Of a stretch of DNA of 64,000 bases, positions 1 through 11,633 are shown one piece after another. The stretch lies in the NCBI GenBank assembly GCA_010093815.1, contig ML996573.1; one strand, written 5' to 3'. Position numbers and translations under genes: made by a program. Each line of letters opens with the position of its first letter. Within the stretch, counting starts at the first letter, position 1. The notes beneath the pieces were generated by a model. The model was not told the DNA's origin, ran no database searches, and worked only from the letters and a program-made list of their open reading frames with translations. Source of the DNA: Pseudovirgaria hyperparasitica. Lineage: Eukaryota.

Positions 1-150
1 AGTGGTTTGCGTTTGCAACAATGGGCGTTCTAGTCTCACTCGGTGCATGGCAGGTCATATACCTGCGAGCGTACTTTCGGTTGGTATCGTCCCTTGACGA
101 CCATGCGACAATGCTAACGCACAACTTTCAGGTCCAAGCATCTCATTTGA
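1..150 (+). CDS. ERV25: 3' end of p24-delta family ER-Golgi cargo receptor (Erv25/TMED10), partial
   Basis: WFAFATMGVLVSLGAWQVIYLRAYFR, then intron 80-131 (GTTGGT..GCTAAC..CAG), then SKHLI* (TGA 148-150). Typical p24-delta TM segment and cytosolic tail. Confidence 0.9.
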
Positions 151-1078
151 TGAACCCTCCATATTTTTTAAAAGACAGTCTTCGAGAGTATATGTCCGCA
201 TTACCTATGGCCTTGATACCTCGTAATATTACCGCGACCCTAAATAAGGTCAGCATCTGGTATGCCTAGACGATAACGAGATAAAAGATGCAGGAATATA
301 TCAGCAAATCGATATGAGCACCGCAAGATTGAGCACGTCGTATGAGTATCCACCTATGAAGCAAGGGGCTGCTGTGAAAGACTTTTGCCCGCAAAGATGC
401 GCAAGCTCACGAAGGGATGCACACCAAGCCAGCAGCTGATTCGATTTGAACCACTTCGAGTATTGGCTTTGCACGCATACGTGTATGCGTAACTATATTT
501 CGTTTTATATTAAAGCTCTATTGTGTACACGAAGTTCCTACGTCTACTTTTCAGTTCTTCCATTAAGACTGCAACAAACAAGTGCACTCTAGAATCTTAA
601 TTTCTCATGTATCATTCTGGCATGTAAGACATCATGTACCGTGTGTCCGAATGTCAACAAATCAAGAGCTAGGACATTATGACCAAGTGTGGATGGGAAC
701 CGAGTTCAACGATTCAGGTACTTCGGGAGCATCGGAAGTCATCCTTGAGTACCAACGACCAACGTCATTTTTGGTGAAAATTGACAAAAGAAATCGCGGT
801 GAGGTAAGGCTGAAACCCCCAATGTCTGTGCGGGCAGTGACGTAGAATGTTGATGTTGATGGCCCGGGTCGCTCCTTCGAAAACAATGGGATGAACACTG
901 TTGGCTTGGCACGTTGGCGCGTCGTGCCACGGAGATTTTCATCTGACCCCAACAGAACCCCAAACACAGGACCTGTTAATACTTCCACTGTCCGCCTTCC
1001 TCTGCGCACATCCTATACGTTCCCTCCTACCACCTGAACCTCAACATATTTCTAAATCGTCGTTTAAATCGTCGCATC

Positions 1079-1936
1079 ATGTCTCTTGCGCGCAGCGATA
1101 CCTTTGGCGAGCACGTCTACATTCCCCCGACCGACGACGACGATGACTCTCCCGATCAGACCTCCTCTTGCGAACCAACTCACAATCAACCCACTGCTCC
1201 ACGCTACATGCATCGCATGCTACGTGCCTACCATGCCAGTCCTACCGGCGAGACAACTGCCCTGAAGAAGCCCGATTCGTTCCACAGTCTTACGCACTGG
1301 TTTGTACTATACGTCTACGCCGTGAATGGCCGCGACGATAACTATCTCGGCCCTAAGAATGACACTACTGAGTCATTCTCTAGACCCGACGAAAATCTAC
1401 AGAACATATGTATGGATGCCATCCGCGAGTACTTTCGCTTGCGAAACCTTGCCGCAACCCCCTTCCGTATCGAGTATCTGTATAAGTCTCTGCCCAATGG
1501 TGAAGGTGACCTTATGAAGAAGTTCCTGCTCCAGACCGTTGCCTGGAGACTTACCAAGGAAGGTCCATCCACTGGATTCAAGTCGGCCCCTCCTGAACCC
1601 CTCTCTATCTGGGTAAAGGAGAACACGGCCAGCAATGCGCGAAGCCTTTCTCCAAGCTTCTTACATATGCTCGACAGGAATCATGATATCTGCCGAGATT
1701 TCTGTATTGTCATGTCCAATGTTTCGATCGTTGGCCGAGACGCTATGAAGGATGCTAGACAGGGCCCAACGGAGAAGTGGCATGTGGGAAGTGTTCAAGC
1801 GTCCGATGGAGGTGTCAAGATGCAGCGAGAGAGCTCCAAGGATTCAGGTTATGGTGATGAGATGAATGAGATGAAAGAGGCTACCGAAAACTTGAGGAAT
1901 ATCTCGCTTGGTTCCTCGGTCGCCGCTGGTGCCTGA
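1079..1936 (+). CDS. hypothetical protein (285 aa)
   Basis: Uninterrupted ORF. Segment LYVYA...LQNICMDAIR...IEYLY...MKKFLL resembles the helical region that follows fungal BTB domains (weak). Confidence 0.65.
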   Translation: MSLARSDTFGEHVYIPPTDDDDDSPDQTSSCEPTHNQPTAPRYMHRMLRAYHASPTGETTALKKPDSFHSLTHWFVLYVYAVNGRDDNYLGPKNDTTESFSRPDENLQNICMDAIREYFRLRNLAATPFRIEYLYKSLPNGEGDLMKKFLLQTVAWRLTKEGPSTGFKSAPPEPLSIWVKENTASNARSLSPSFLHMLDRNHDICRDFCIVMSNVSIVGRDAMKDARQGPTEKWHVGSVQASDGGVKMQRESSKDSGYGDEMNEMKEATENLRNISLGSSVAAGA

Positions 1937-2296
1937 TTTATCTGGTCGAGTAATGTCGGGCAATGAACGCATACATGGCGTTTATGGATACGTGTTGTTT
2001 CGAAGATATCCTAGAGGCTCATAGGGCGCCATGAGGCACTGGCACTGCGTGTAGTAAATGTAAGGTTCTTTCTCTATATTTTCGACCCTGTCAGGTGTTT
2101 TGCGGCATGGTATGCCTAAACAGCGTTGTGCAATTTCTCGCGTCGCCAATTCTGCACTGTGAAGTGGCGTGGCATTTGACAGCACCTTGAGCAATTTCAC
2201 CCACTTCCTCAGCCAGCCCTTCCATTTGCCTCTCTACCTCTTCTCTATTTACATCCTCCAGCTCTTGAACCAATCCGTCCTTGACAGATTGAAACG

Positions 2297-3205
2297 ATGT
2301 CCTCTAGGCGCCCACCACCCACTCTCCCCAGACTGCGCACCAATCTCCTGCCTTTCGTCCCCGATGTCCCGCGCTGCGACTCCTCTACGCTGCCAGATAT
2401 TCCCGGTCTACCCTCAATTCAAGAAGGCTCACCCCTAGCCCCACGCAGAGTGTCCTCCCTCGTATTCTCAAAACAAGTCTCCCCCAAAAAAACAATCAAG
2501 AAGAGCACATCCCTGACGAGCGCATCCCTCTCACCACCAAAACACGCCCGAGGCAGCAGCACCGCAAAAGGCAGTATGTTGCCAAAGCAGTCAGGGCATG
2601 ACGTACAGGCACACGCGAGCGTGGAACGTGGCAATGCAGTGAGCAAAGAGGTATGGGTAGATGCGCAGTACGATCTCGACACGCCGCTCTCGCAGATCCT
2701 CACGACGACGATGCTTTTTCCGAGTTTGACGGCTTCGGCATGCTCGAGTGTTTGTTCGAGCTCGGGCTCGTGCTCGCCGTTGCTGGGGGATGAGTGTGTC
2801 AGGACGCAGGTTGACGGTCAAGAAGGCCACTTACACGACGACTCCAGCGACAGCATGCACTCCGACGACAGCGCCGACATGCCCACAATCGCGAGAGGCA
2901 TGGCAAAGAAGGGACAAAACCCTGGTCAGCATGATGGTGGCGAAATTTCACAGGCGCTGAGAGACTTGAAACACGTACAGCTTGCGATGCTGCGGATGTT
3001 GGGGGCGCGATTTGCTGATCTTGCTGGTGAGGCTGGAAAGGATGAAAGACGGGTTGATGGAATGGATGGGGCTGTTCGGGATAGTATGGTACGGTTCTGT
3101 GCGGAGCGAGGAGTAGATTTGCTGGGTCTGAGTCCGTCTGATAGAGTTGATGTGTATCTTGCGTGTATGGCGGAAAAGGGGATGCCGTTGGGCTATGAGC
3201 CTTAG
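2297..3205 (+). CDS. hypothetical protein (302 aa), S/P-rich N-terminus, helical C-terminus
   Basis: Long ATG-initiated ORF; no recognised domain. Confidence 0.6.
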   Translation: MSSRRPPPTLPRLRTNLLPFVPDVPRCDSSTLPDIPGLPSIQEGSPLAPRRVSSLVFSKQVSPKKTIKKSTSLTSASLSPPKHARGSSTAKGSMLPKQSGHDVQAHASVERGNAVSKEVWVDAQYDLDTPLSQILTTTMLFPSLTASACSSVCSSSGSCSPLLGDECVRTQVDGQEGHLHDDSSDSMHSDDSADMPTIARGMAKKGQNPGQHDGGEISQALRDLKHVQLAMLRMLGARFADLAGEAGKDERRVDGMDGAVRDSMVRFCAERGVDLLGLSPSDRVDVYLACMAEKGMPLGYEP

Positions 3206-3447
3206 AACCGGGGGAGGAGGGAGCGGAGAGGGCTGCGTAGAGGGTGCGAGGAGGATATGATGCACTTATGTGTTTTGTCGCGAGATAATACGAGCTGTAC
3301 ATGACGCATGTATTCAGTTTGGTAACATACATCCATCTGGATGGTGGAGCGAACTAGACAACCAGTGCTAGCTATATTGAGGCCTTTTTTCCAAATGCCT
3401 CAGACTGCTGAACTGGATATACCACACCTACTCTATAATACCCGACT

Positions 3448-4101
3448 CTAATCCAAGTCAATTATTAAGTAATGAGTAAGTTTTCGACTTGCTCTAATCC
3501 TGACTATCTCTTTCTCTATCCACAGACTGGGAGGATCATCTTCGTGCATGGCCCTGACCAGACCTTTGCACAACTGTGTGTTCATGACGATATCGATACT
3601 CGCCGGTTCTGTGGTATCGACGTAATTCTCCCCATATCTGAAAAAAAGCATGTCTAGCTCCTTGCGAACGTTTAAACTCCCAATCTGCACGAAGACGATT
3701 TGGCCGATAGTCTTCACTTGCGCATTGGCAGCGAGCACGGCATCACTGAGAATGCGTGACATGTAAATCTTCTCAGTGTTGCTGCGTTTCTCGGGAAAGT
3801 AGTTGTACGCTACGGACACGATTACGACGGCTCTTTCGAGCTTCGTCGAGCAGAGAAAGCTGAACGTTGGCGTTTCGATCTGGCCGGGAGGTGTGTATTT
3901 CCGATGCGCTGGGGCGACGGTGAACCATCTGAAGGACTCCTCGCTGATTTGGTCGGGTTCATTCGATAGTATTGCACGGTGTAAAATGCTGTCACTTGTG
4001 GCTGGCGTATCCTCAAGCGTCTTGTAGCCCTCGTCCCTGAAGATGTACGCCGCATCCGAAGGAGGAGCAGACCGAAAGAGGTTATCATGAGTGGAATCCA
4101 T
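3448..4101 (-). CDS. uncharacterised protein, paralogue A (217 aa)
   Basis: Intronless ORF with colinear similarity to 5750-6421 (e.g. FSFLCSTKLERAVVIVSVAY vs FTLFCSNNLADAIVIVTVAY; EKIYMSRILSDA vs EKIHLSRFLHDA). Confidence 0.8.
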   Translation of the reverse strand: MDSTHDNLFRSAPPSDAAYIFRDEGYKTLEDTPATSDSILHRAILSNEPDQISEESFRWFTVAPAHRKYTPPGQIETPTFSFLCSTKLERAVVIVSVAYNYFPEKRSNTEKIYMSRILSDAVLAANAQVKTIGQIVFVQIGSLNVRKELDMLFFRYGENYVDTTEPASIDIVMNTQLCKGLVRAMHEDDPPSLWIEKEIVRIRASRKLTHYLIIDLD

Positions 4102-5749
4102 AGTGCGACTCTAGAAACGATTTAACAACAGATCGCTCGAACAAAGAAAGTAAAAGTTGTATTTGTTCCATGTTGCTCTAGATAGATTTTCACTCTAAGT
4201 AAGACATCTCGGCCAGCTGTGACGAGAGGAGCTCTGAAAGGTCGTCGTACAGCGGCTCCACAGAGCAAGGCACAGAGGTTACACAACCAGAACAAAGCAG
4301 TTCGCTCGTTTATTACTGGTCGTAATTGATTGGATCTCTTTACCACTAGCTGGACGCATGTCAAGGATCGGAATGTATTTGGTTCTTGCATCCTCAAGGT
4401 CCTCAGATTCTTTGGTTCATGGTCCAAAGCTTTTGGCCCAGCTCGCATGCCTTTACGGCGTCAAGGTCCCAGGGCGCTCCCTCTCTGCAGCCGCATATCT
4501 CCACCTCCACTCTCAACCGCTCCATTCCTTGTCCTCGTCAAGGAGCACAAAGGCCGCGACTCGTTGGGGAGGAGGCTTTCTGCACCCTATTAACACCTCC
4601 TTGGCGACGGAGTAAAACATGCTGCACTTGACGTAACTCCCCTTACTCTTACAATGACCGCAAGAGTTACTAATGACTTGAACTAACTTTAGGGATTTAC
4701 TCTGCACTGTAGACGACTCTGAAAAACCACGAAGCTTACCGTGATTATGTGGTAGCTGTAGAGAGCTGGTAATAGCTGCCTTCTTCATAGTCCATACTAC
4801 CGGATTAGAAATCTTATCCGGGATGTCCGCGGAGGCCCTACAATAAAATCGTTACTTGGATAACTTAGAAGTGAGACATACCAGGAAGAGAAGCGAGCAC
4901 TGGAATAGACATGTCTGGATAGGAATGTAAGACAAGTGGTCTAAATCAGGGGCTATTGTGAATATTCAGACATGCAGGAGTAGTTACATCATGTTGAGGC
5001 TAGAAGACCGAAACGTCCTACAGGAGGTCTGGAATCTGGTGAATCGGGAAATCTCCGCTCGCAGAGTGTTCTGTGCTGCTTCCTTTCTCAATTTCTTTCA
5101 ATATCATCAAAACATGGTTCCATCCCCACGGTGGACGTCGGTTTAGAAAGCAGTGCGTATAGGACTGCTTCTCTTCTCTTCCGCCGCTATCCATGCCTTT
5201 GGTCATCAACTTCTTTATTGGCTCCATGTCAAGGGTTGAACACACCTATCTCTTAGAGTCTCTTCTCCACTTATTTCTCGTGCCTGAATCATTTACCTCG
5301 TATATTCCTCTACATGCACACTCAGAAGCCACAGAGGCTTGCTCTCTCTTAGATTATTCTCCGTGGGTAAAGGTATACTAACACACGATTGTGCTTGGTC
5401 GACGGAATCATCCTCTCTGTACAGACTCTACGTCGCCAAGGCCACGAGGATCTTAGAATCGTACTACTTGATACTGGCTCTACAAACATTTGAGGTTGAA
5501 AATAAGATCCTTTCTGTGCTACTGCGTAGATGTCGATGCCTGTTCTTGGGCCGAGATATCGATCATGTTTATAAGTCAAGCACATCACATGAACGAAAAG
5601 GGGCGACAAAGAGGGACAAGATGAGCAACTCCAGTTGTCTCTAATCTACACCCTCCCATCGGAGCAAGCCGGCTCCGCCCTGTTCCTACTCATAGAAATC
5701 GAGACCATCACTGACTCAATGCAGACAAATACTCGCCAACACTGCACCA

Positions 5750-6421
5750 TCACACCTTGTCCGTCAATCTCACAACCATAAATTGATAATGTCTCACATT
5801 ATCATTCGAAGGCGATCTCATGTGAACGCCCCCAATCTTACGCCCCATCCACGGCGCCTGCGCCTGATCCAAGTTCCCCGTGTGGATCGCCCACTGCACC
5901 GCCTTCAAGAACGGCGTTTGCATCATATCTTTCATTACTTCGCCACCAGTAGCATCAATCCGCCCATCTTCATCAATATGGGGCTCTGCCACTGTCTGCG
6001 TTCTCTTGTTGGTTACGTCCACGAACACAACCGCCGCCAGGCGCCATGGCGCACTATTCGCTCTGTTCGCATACACACTGGCATCGTGCAGAAAACGCGA
6101 CAGGTGTATTTTCTCCCCGACATGCCCCTCGGATGGTCCGTACGCGACGGTAACGATGACGATGGCGTCGGCAAGGTTGTTGGAGCAGAAGAGTGTGAAG
6201 CGTGGCGGATCCTTCTCAGGACGCGTGTGGACCCAGGTGTCCGAAACGGGAGCGATGGTGTACTTGGTCATAGGTGTGTCTTTGTTGATGTGTGTGCTTA
6301 GTACGGATACTATCTCTTCATGTAAGATGGGCGCGGCGTCGTAAAGGGTCTTGGGCTCCTCGAACCAGAGCTTGTAAGGGGCCGGGAGGGCGCGGTCGAA
6401 AATGTTCTCGGGTGGGGCCAT
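5750..6421 (-). CDS. uncharacterised protein, paralogue B (~223 aa)
   Basis: Intronless ORF from MAPPENIF (ATG 6421); colinear with 3448-4101 over the full length. Confidence 0.8.
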   Translation of the reverse strand: MAPPENIFDRALPAPYKLWFEEPKTLYDAAPILHEEIVSVLSTHINKDTPMTKYTIAPVSDTWVHTRPEKDPPRFTLFCSNNLADAIVIVTVAYGPSEGHVGEKIHLSRFLHDASVYANRANSAPWRLAAVVFVDVTNKRTQTVAEPHIDEDGRIDATGGEVMKDMMQTPFLKAVQWAIHTGNLDQAQAPWMGRKIGGVHMRSPSNDNVRHYQFMVVRLTDKV

Positions 6422-6830
6422 CTTGTTATAATTCAAGGATTAATCTGTGCAGGCGGAAGGTAGTAGATGGAGTTGATTCTGCCGTTCGTTCTCCATGTCT
6501 TTGATTTAGATTATATATATACATCTATATCATCTTCAAGGAACCGGTCCATCATTGCAACAGAAACAGTGGGGAAGAAACCCATTCCCACAAGTCCGCA
6601 CAAAGCAAGAAGAGGGTGATGGAATGAAGTACATCGTGGACACAGGGAGTCAACATAACTGGGCTCTGGATATTCACGAGGACAAAGGATGTTTGTTTGT
6701 CTAGACAAAGATACACCGATGTCCACATTCCAGAGAGCCAACAGGGATAGTCCTTGGAACAGCACAGCACATTCCTATGCAACCCCCCCTCCCCCCCTTC
6801 TGGAGATCACAGCCCCCTACTTCTGATATT

Positions 6831-7800
6831 TCAATCTTGCCAACTTTTTTTTCTCACACGACTGACGTGAGTCATTCGCGCGTGCTCCTTTCAGGGACGT
6901 GCGTTCCATGCAGGTTTCTTTCACTAACGCTTTTTTCGAGTGACGACTCTCCAAGTAATGCTCTCTGGAGATTCTTACCAGCGATTCCCAACAGCGATAT
7001 TCTCTTCTCTAGCAATCTCGCCTGAATTTGATACTATGACAGCGTACTATCTCCCATGGCTAACATCCTGCCTCCCACATGCGTGCTATTAGCATAGCAT
7101 TTCGTTCCAAGTAGAAATACTCTAGCCTGGTATGCTCGTAGCCTTTGCTTCTTTAGTTAGTACAGTTCTTATCGTTCTCGCTCTCCTCTTAGCTCTCGCT
7201 CCTTGTTCTTCTACTCTCCTTATCCCCTCGCCATATATTAGACCTTAGCTTAAACGCTCTCCATTATTCTATATCCTTATATAATCTCTATATATCAGGA
7301 GTGTATAGTATCTCTCGCATGTAGCTTCATCTCGTTTAACATCCGCTTATCTAGTCTATATATATGCGTATATGTCTTACTTGTAATATAGTAAGGACCA
7401 AACCTAATTTACTCCCTTGTTTAGTACTTCGTGAATCCTAGTTGAAGTAAAGTACCAAAGTAGATATGTTAAGATTATATGCATATACTAATACTAAAGA
7501 TATCCACTAGTACCATATATAAACTCTGCACTAGTGCTACATTCTACTTTATTACTCTTACTCCAAATCTATACATCTATATAGACAAGCCAAACTCCTA
7601 CCTACGGCTCCGAAGTACCAATTCATTCAATCCAAGCCTAATTAATCGATATTCTTACCTTGATCACTACCTTCTGTGAAGTGTTATCTACAAATAAACA
7701 CGCTACGGCGTGTGTGTAGCCCTCAGGAGTCAGTACTGCTAGTGCTAGCATTATTATAATAAATTAAAAGTCTCTCTATCTCTCTCTCTCGATCTATAGA
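6831..7800 (-). pseudogene. AT-rich, TpA-rich relic (RIP-like) with degraded minus-strand frame
   Basis: Abrupt GC drop and many TA dinucleotides (tatatat, ctag, tagta). Minus frame 7320-6831 reads ~163 codons with 6 internal stops, all TAA/TAG (derivable from CAA/CAG/TGG by transitions). Confidence 0.55.
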
Positions 7801-8069
7801 ATCATCATACTATGTTCTGAAGGTAGCACCACGTCGACCTAGCAGCTAGACCCAGGTAGACAGATACCGCGATCTTGACTTCTGTGCATGCACGCACGCA
7901 CGTAGAAGAGGAGAGCTGAGATAAGCAGGAAATGATAAATGACATAATTCACACAGCGCACAGGGGGTCTGAAGACGACGATGTCATTTGAATCTTTTGC
8001 AATACTATTATTATGATTATAATTTTACGCCAGCCTTGCCTATATGTACGGTCTAGCCGTTTTGTTCAG

Positions 8070-9410
8070 TCAATAAGAGTTCTTCGCGTCGTCGTCGACC
8101 GTGAACTTGTACACCGCCTCGAGCGTGTAGGCAGGGTCGCCGGGCCCAAAGATATTCTTAGCGTCGCGCTGCCACTCGGGCTGATTGATGGCGTCGATCC
8201 AGTCCTCGACCTCCATGACGACGCAGGCGTAGTCCTGGACCCAGCGCGGCTGCGAGCCGTCGGTGAAACCCTGGGTCTTTTTGAGCGGGATGCCGGCCTG
8301 GGACTGGCCCGGGCAGCTGTAGATCTGGAAGGCGTCTTGGTCGGAGTAGACGTCGACGGTGATGCCGGAGAAGGCGGAGTAGAGGGAGGCGACGGGTGCG
8401 GTGTGCCAGTCGTAGGGCCCGTTCTGGGCGCGGTTGACGAGGTAGCAGGTGTCGTAGCCGGAGCAGTTGAAGCCGCAGTTGCCGTGGATATCGGGGGAGG
8501 TGAGGTTTGCGCCGAGTTGTTTGGGGCTGGACCAGAAGTCGTTGACGGAGTATTGCTGGTTGGGCAGGATGGTGCCGTCGGGGATGAGGATGTTGTCGAC
8601 GCCGACGCGTTGACCGGAGTAGGGCAGGTGGAGCGTGTGGTTGTCGGTGTTGGTGGTGTCCGGATTTTGGAAGCCGTCGAGATTCCAGTAGACCTGAGGT
8701 TGATGTAAGTACATGTGGAGATGAGTATGGAAGTAAATGGGACGTACGTGGGAGCTTAGCATGATTGGAGTCTTCTTTGTCGTTGCGAGTGCGACCATCT
8801 TCAGGTCCCATTCGTAAGGCTTGACGGTGTAGGTGATGTAAGAGATGACCTCGCCGGGGAAGCCTTGCTCGCCATCAGGATCGACGATAGAGAATGTGAT
8901 TGAGTCGCAAGTGTAAGATACGACGGTGAAGTTGCGCTGAGTGCGTTAGCTGAAGTACTGGCGAGGTGAGAGTTGGAATGCGAACGTGATCCCAGCCATT
9001 GGAGCCTCCGTGCAAAGTATCAGCACCGCCGTTTTCATTTGGATCAACATGGAACTCCTCTCCATCGATTACAAAGGTCGAGTTCTTGATACGATTGGCA
9101 TATCGGCCTGGTCGCAATCAGCATGAGCAGCAGCGTGAGCGGTGGGAGCAATCAAACCTGGCACACCGCCATAGTGAGGATGCACGGTGTCCTCGGTGTA
9201 GAAGGTTGCATTATCGAAGCCCAGTACAATATCGCGCTCGGTACCACTGGTGTCATTGATGAACAGGTTGGTCAAGCTGGCACCGTAGGGAATGAATTGA
9301 GCGCGGATACCCTCGGCCGAGATGGTGTACTTGCCATCCTCATCCGGACCATTGGTGGCGCCAGCGAGGGCGACGAGCAGCGAAACGGCAGCAAGAAGGT
9401 AGCGAGCCAT
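8070..9410 (-). CDS. aldose 1-epimerase (galactose mutarotase-like), with signal peptide; 3 introns
   Basis: Spliced product has GGVPGRYANRI, TLHGG, GFPG and SSH|VYWNL motifs; N-terminal MARYLLAAVSLLVALAGA. Introns with donors GTTTGA, GTTCGC and GTACGT. Confidence 0.93.
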
Positions 9411-9984
9411 CTGATTCGTGAAGAGTGTGTATAGAAAAGTATGGCAAGGAGCTGGGAGATGACCGGATGAAGAGACGTTCGTTGCTGAAGAAGTAGAAGA
9501 AGTCGTAATAAGGCGCGCACTAGGAGCTTTAAGTAGCATCGGATCAGATGTTTACCTATCACCATCCGTGTAGGTACTGCAACACTGTACTGTCCGCCCA
9601 GTGTCCCGCGTTTCTCGTTTCTTGAGATGATGCATGCAGCACCTGACGTACTGTATGACTTGACACGGTCGTGCAGGGATGGTTGCATCTCTCCAACCCC
9701 GCACGCCGTGCCCAATCCCTCTCTCGCCCATGACTGCATGAGGACGAGCGAACAGAGAGCATGCGTGTAGGAAGGATTCATTTATAATAAGATCCTGTCT
9801 GGATCATCCATCTTGCACGCCTCTTCAACAGCACAGTCAAGCTCGAAGCGAGCTCGAATGAGGGTATCGTGAACCCACCGGAGGAAGCTCAACGTTGTGG
9901 CTTGACAGTGCAGAACTCAGGCGTTTGTTGGTTGGTGCGGGAGAGAGAAGGGAGAAGGCAGAGGGCAGCGAAAAGAAGCTTGAT

Positions 9985-10044
9985 CTCCGCCAAAACCGGG
10001 GCGGAACTGGGGCAGAACTGGGGCAGAACCGGGGGGACCTGGGG
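9985..10044. promoter_or_regulatory. ~11-bp tandem repeat made of SYGGRG (CreA/Mig1-type) motifs
   Basis: CCGGGG 9996, CTGGGG 10007, CTGGGG 10018, CCGGGG 10029, CTGGGG 10039, plus reverse GCGGAG at 9985; about 600 bp upstream of the epimerase ATG. Confidence 0.5.
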
Positions 10045-11633
10045 AGCAGAAATGGGCAGGATTCGCTGCACAGGCCGCCAAAACGATGGGGGTAATTAGT
10101 TGCTACTTGCTACTTGCACCGGCGACCGTGCACCCTAGACCAGCTTCCCCGCGCCGCCCTGACTACGTTTGCCCGCCAACATCGTCATTCATGCATCGTG
10201 TCGTGGATTTGATAACGGCCGTACTACAGTATGTACTTTTCACAAGGCTGCATGAAGTCCTACTAGTCATCCACGCTGTCAGACATTGAAGTAACCCCTT
10301 GCTTCGTATAATAAGAATCCAGCTGACAACGAGAGAGGCAGTTTGTGCAACGCTGTACGCAATCCTTGGAGCCGTTCTGCTCTCACCACGGTCGAATAGA
10401 CGTCTCTTTGACGGATAGTGTAACGGAGTGACAGTGTCGACGGAGAAAAATCTCCGACTTGAGAGGCATCGTTCGTTATATATATATACATACCGTACAT
10501 AGAAACATTTCCACGCGCGCTTGCTGGCCAATCGCGAACCGCAATCTTGACGATCGATGTGGTGGGTATCAAGGTCCGTGCGTGCTCATCCTGACCTCTC
10601 CACTAACCTTTAATCGAACCTTCACGGCTTGGGTGGCAGATCCTCCTAGACAGACCATCTCTACCTGTTAGCTGATTATGTCTTGTGATTACCAGTGTTT
10701 AGAGTTTGATTCCTGTCTGAGGTTCTGACTGGAGAAGTCTGGCACGAATTCGTGACTTCCTATAGGTCTCGTGTGACGCGTTCCTAGCAAGGTAACATAC
10801 CGCGCATTCTTGATGATTGCGACTATTATGTATAGGTAATAGCCCCGTCCAAGCCTCACCTTCATGAGAAATGAGAGTGTCAAACACTAATTTTGCTGGC
10901 TAGCACGGTAGCAGCCCGCGCGGGCTCGTGATTCTTCTGTGCCACGGCGACGAAGGCCATAACAAACTGATGCACGGTGCGCCTTAGCCAGATCAACGAT
11001 TCAGTGTAGTCTGTAGGATTGCCAATGCCAGGAGTGCGCGATGAGGACTGTAGACTAATTACATATGGATATGGATGTATACATCCACATAAATACACAA
11101 GTGGAGGCAAGTGAAAGTGTGAGCAATGTATGCCAAGACCCCCGCTGCCCCTGCCATGGCTGCGCGACGCAAGGTTAAGCGGTTAGTGTGTCCAATGAGA
11201 GGTGCAATTCCCCTGACACTAGGCTGTTTGTGGTCTTAGCGGCGTGTACTGGTGTACCTGAGCTTATTGTTTGGCTTGAGCTGCCATTTCCCACTCGCAT
11301 CACCGGCTTTTCAATCTCTCGCTTCCTCCACTCACAAAACATCTTCACCTCCATCTCGTGCCCCTGATCTTTCTCTCCTTCTCAAACTTCGATTCTCTAT
11401 CACTCGTTATCTCTCATTTCATCCATTCGGGGCCTTTGCTCCATTCCGCTCCTTTGCCTTCACTTGCATCTCAGACAAAAGAAGAAGATAAGATCTGTCA
11501 ACAATAGTCATCACCGGGCTACCTCTTCAAACATCAAGGTAAGGCTCTGTTCGTAGCTGTCTGACCCTCTACCCTGCCCTCTCCAATGTTCGGTTTGCGC
11601 GTTCCTTCTAACAAGTACCATCAAATAGCAAAG

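Noticed and set aside
582..1009. Short ORFs and a GTAAGG donor upstream of the 1079 gene
   Set aside because: No coherent exon chain or recognisable motif.
8013..8708. 231-aa plus-strand ORF and similar long antisense ORFs (12282-12932, 31641-32555, 5783-6301, 48753-49259)
   Set aside because: Shadows of real genes on the opposite strand, caused by codon bias.
8070..9410. Possible stwintron (nested intron) in the aldose 1-epimerase gene and other long introns
   Set aside because: All three epimerase introns are simple ~50-nt GT-AG introns. The longer introns in SPE3, choline sulfatase and the Dabb gene show no internal branch point plus acceptor that would reconstitute a donor.
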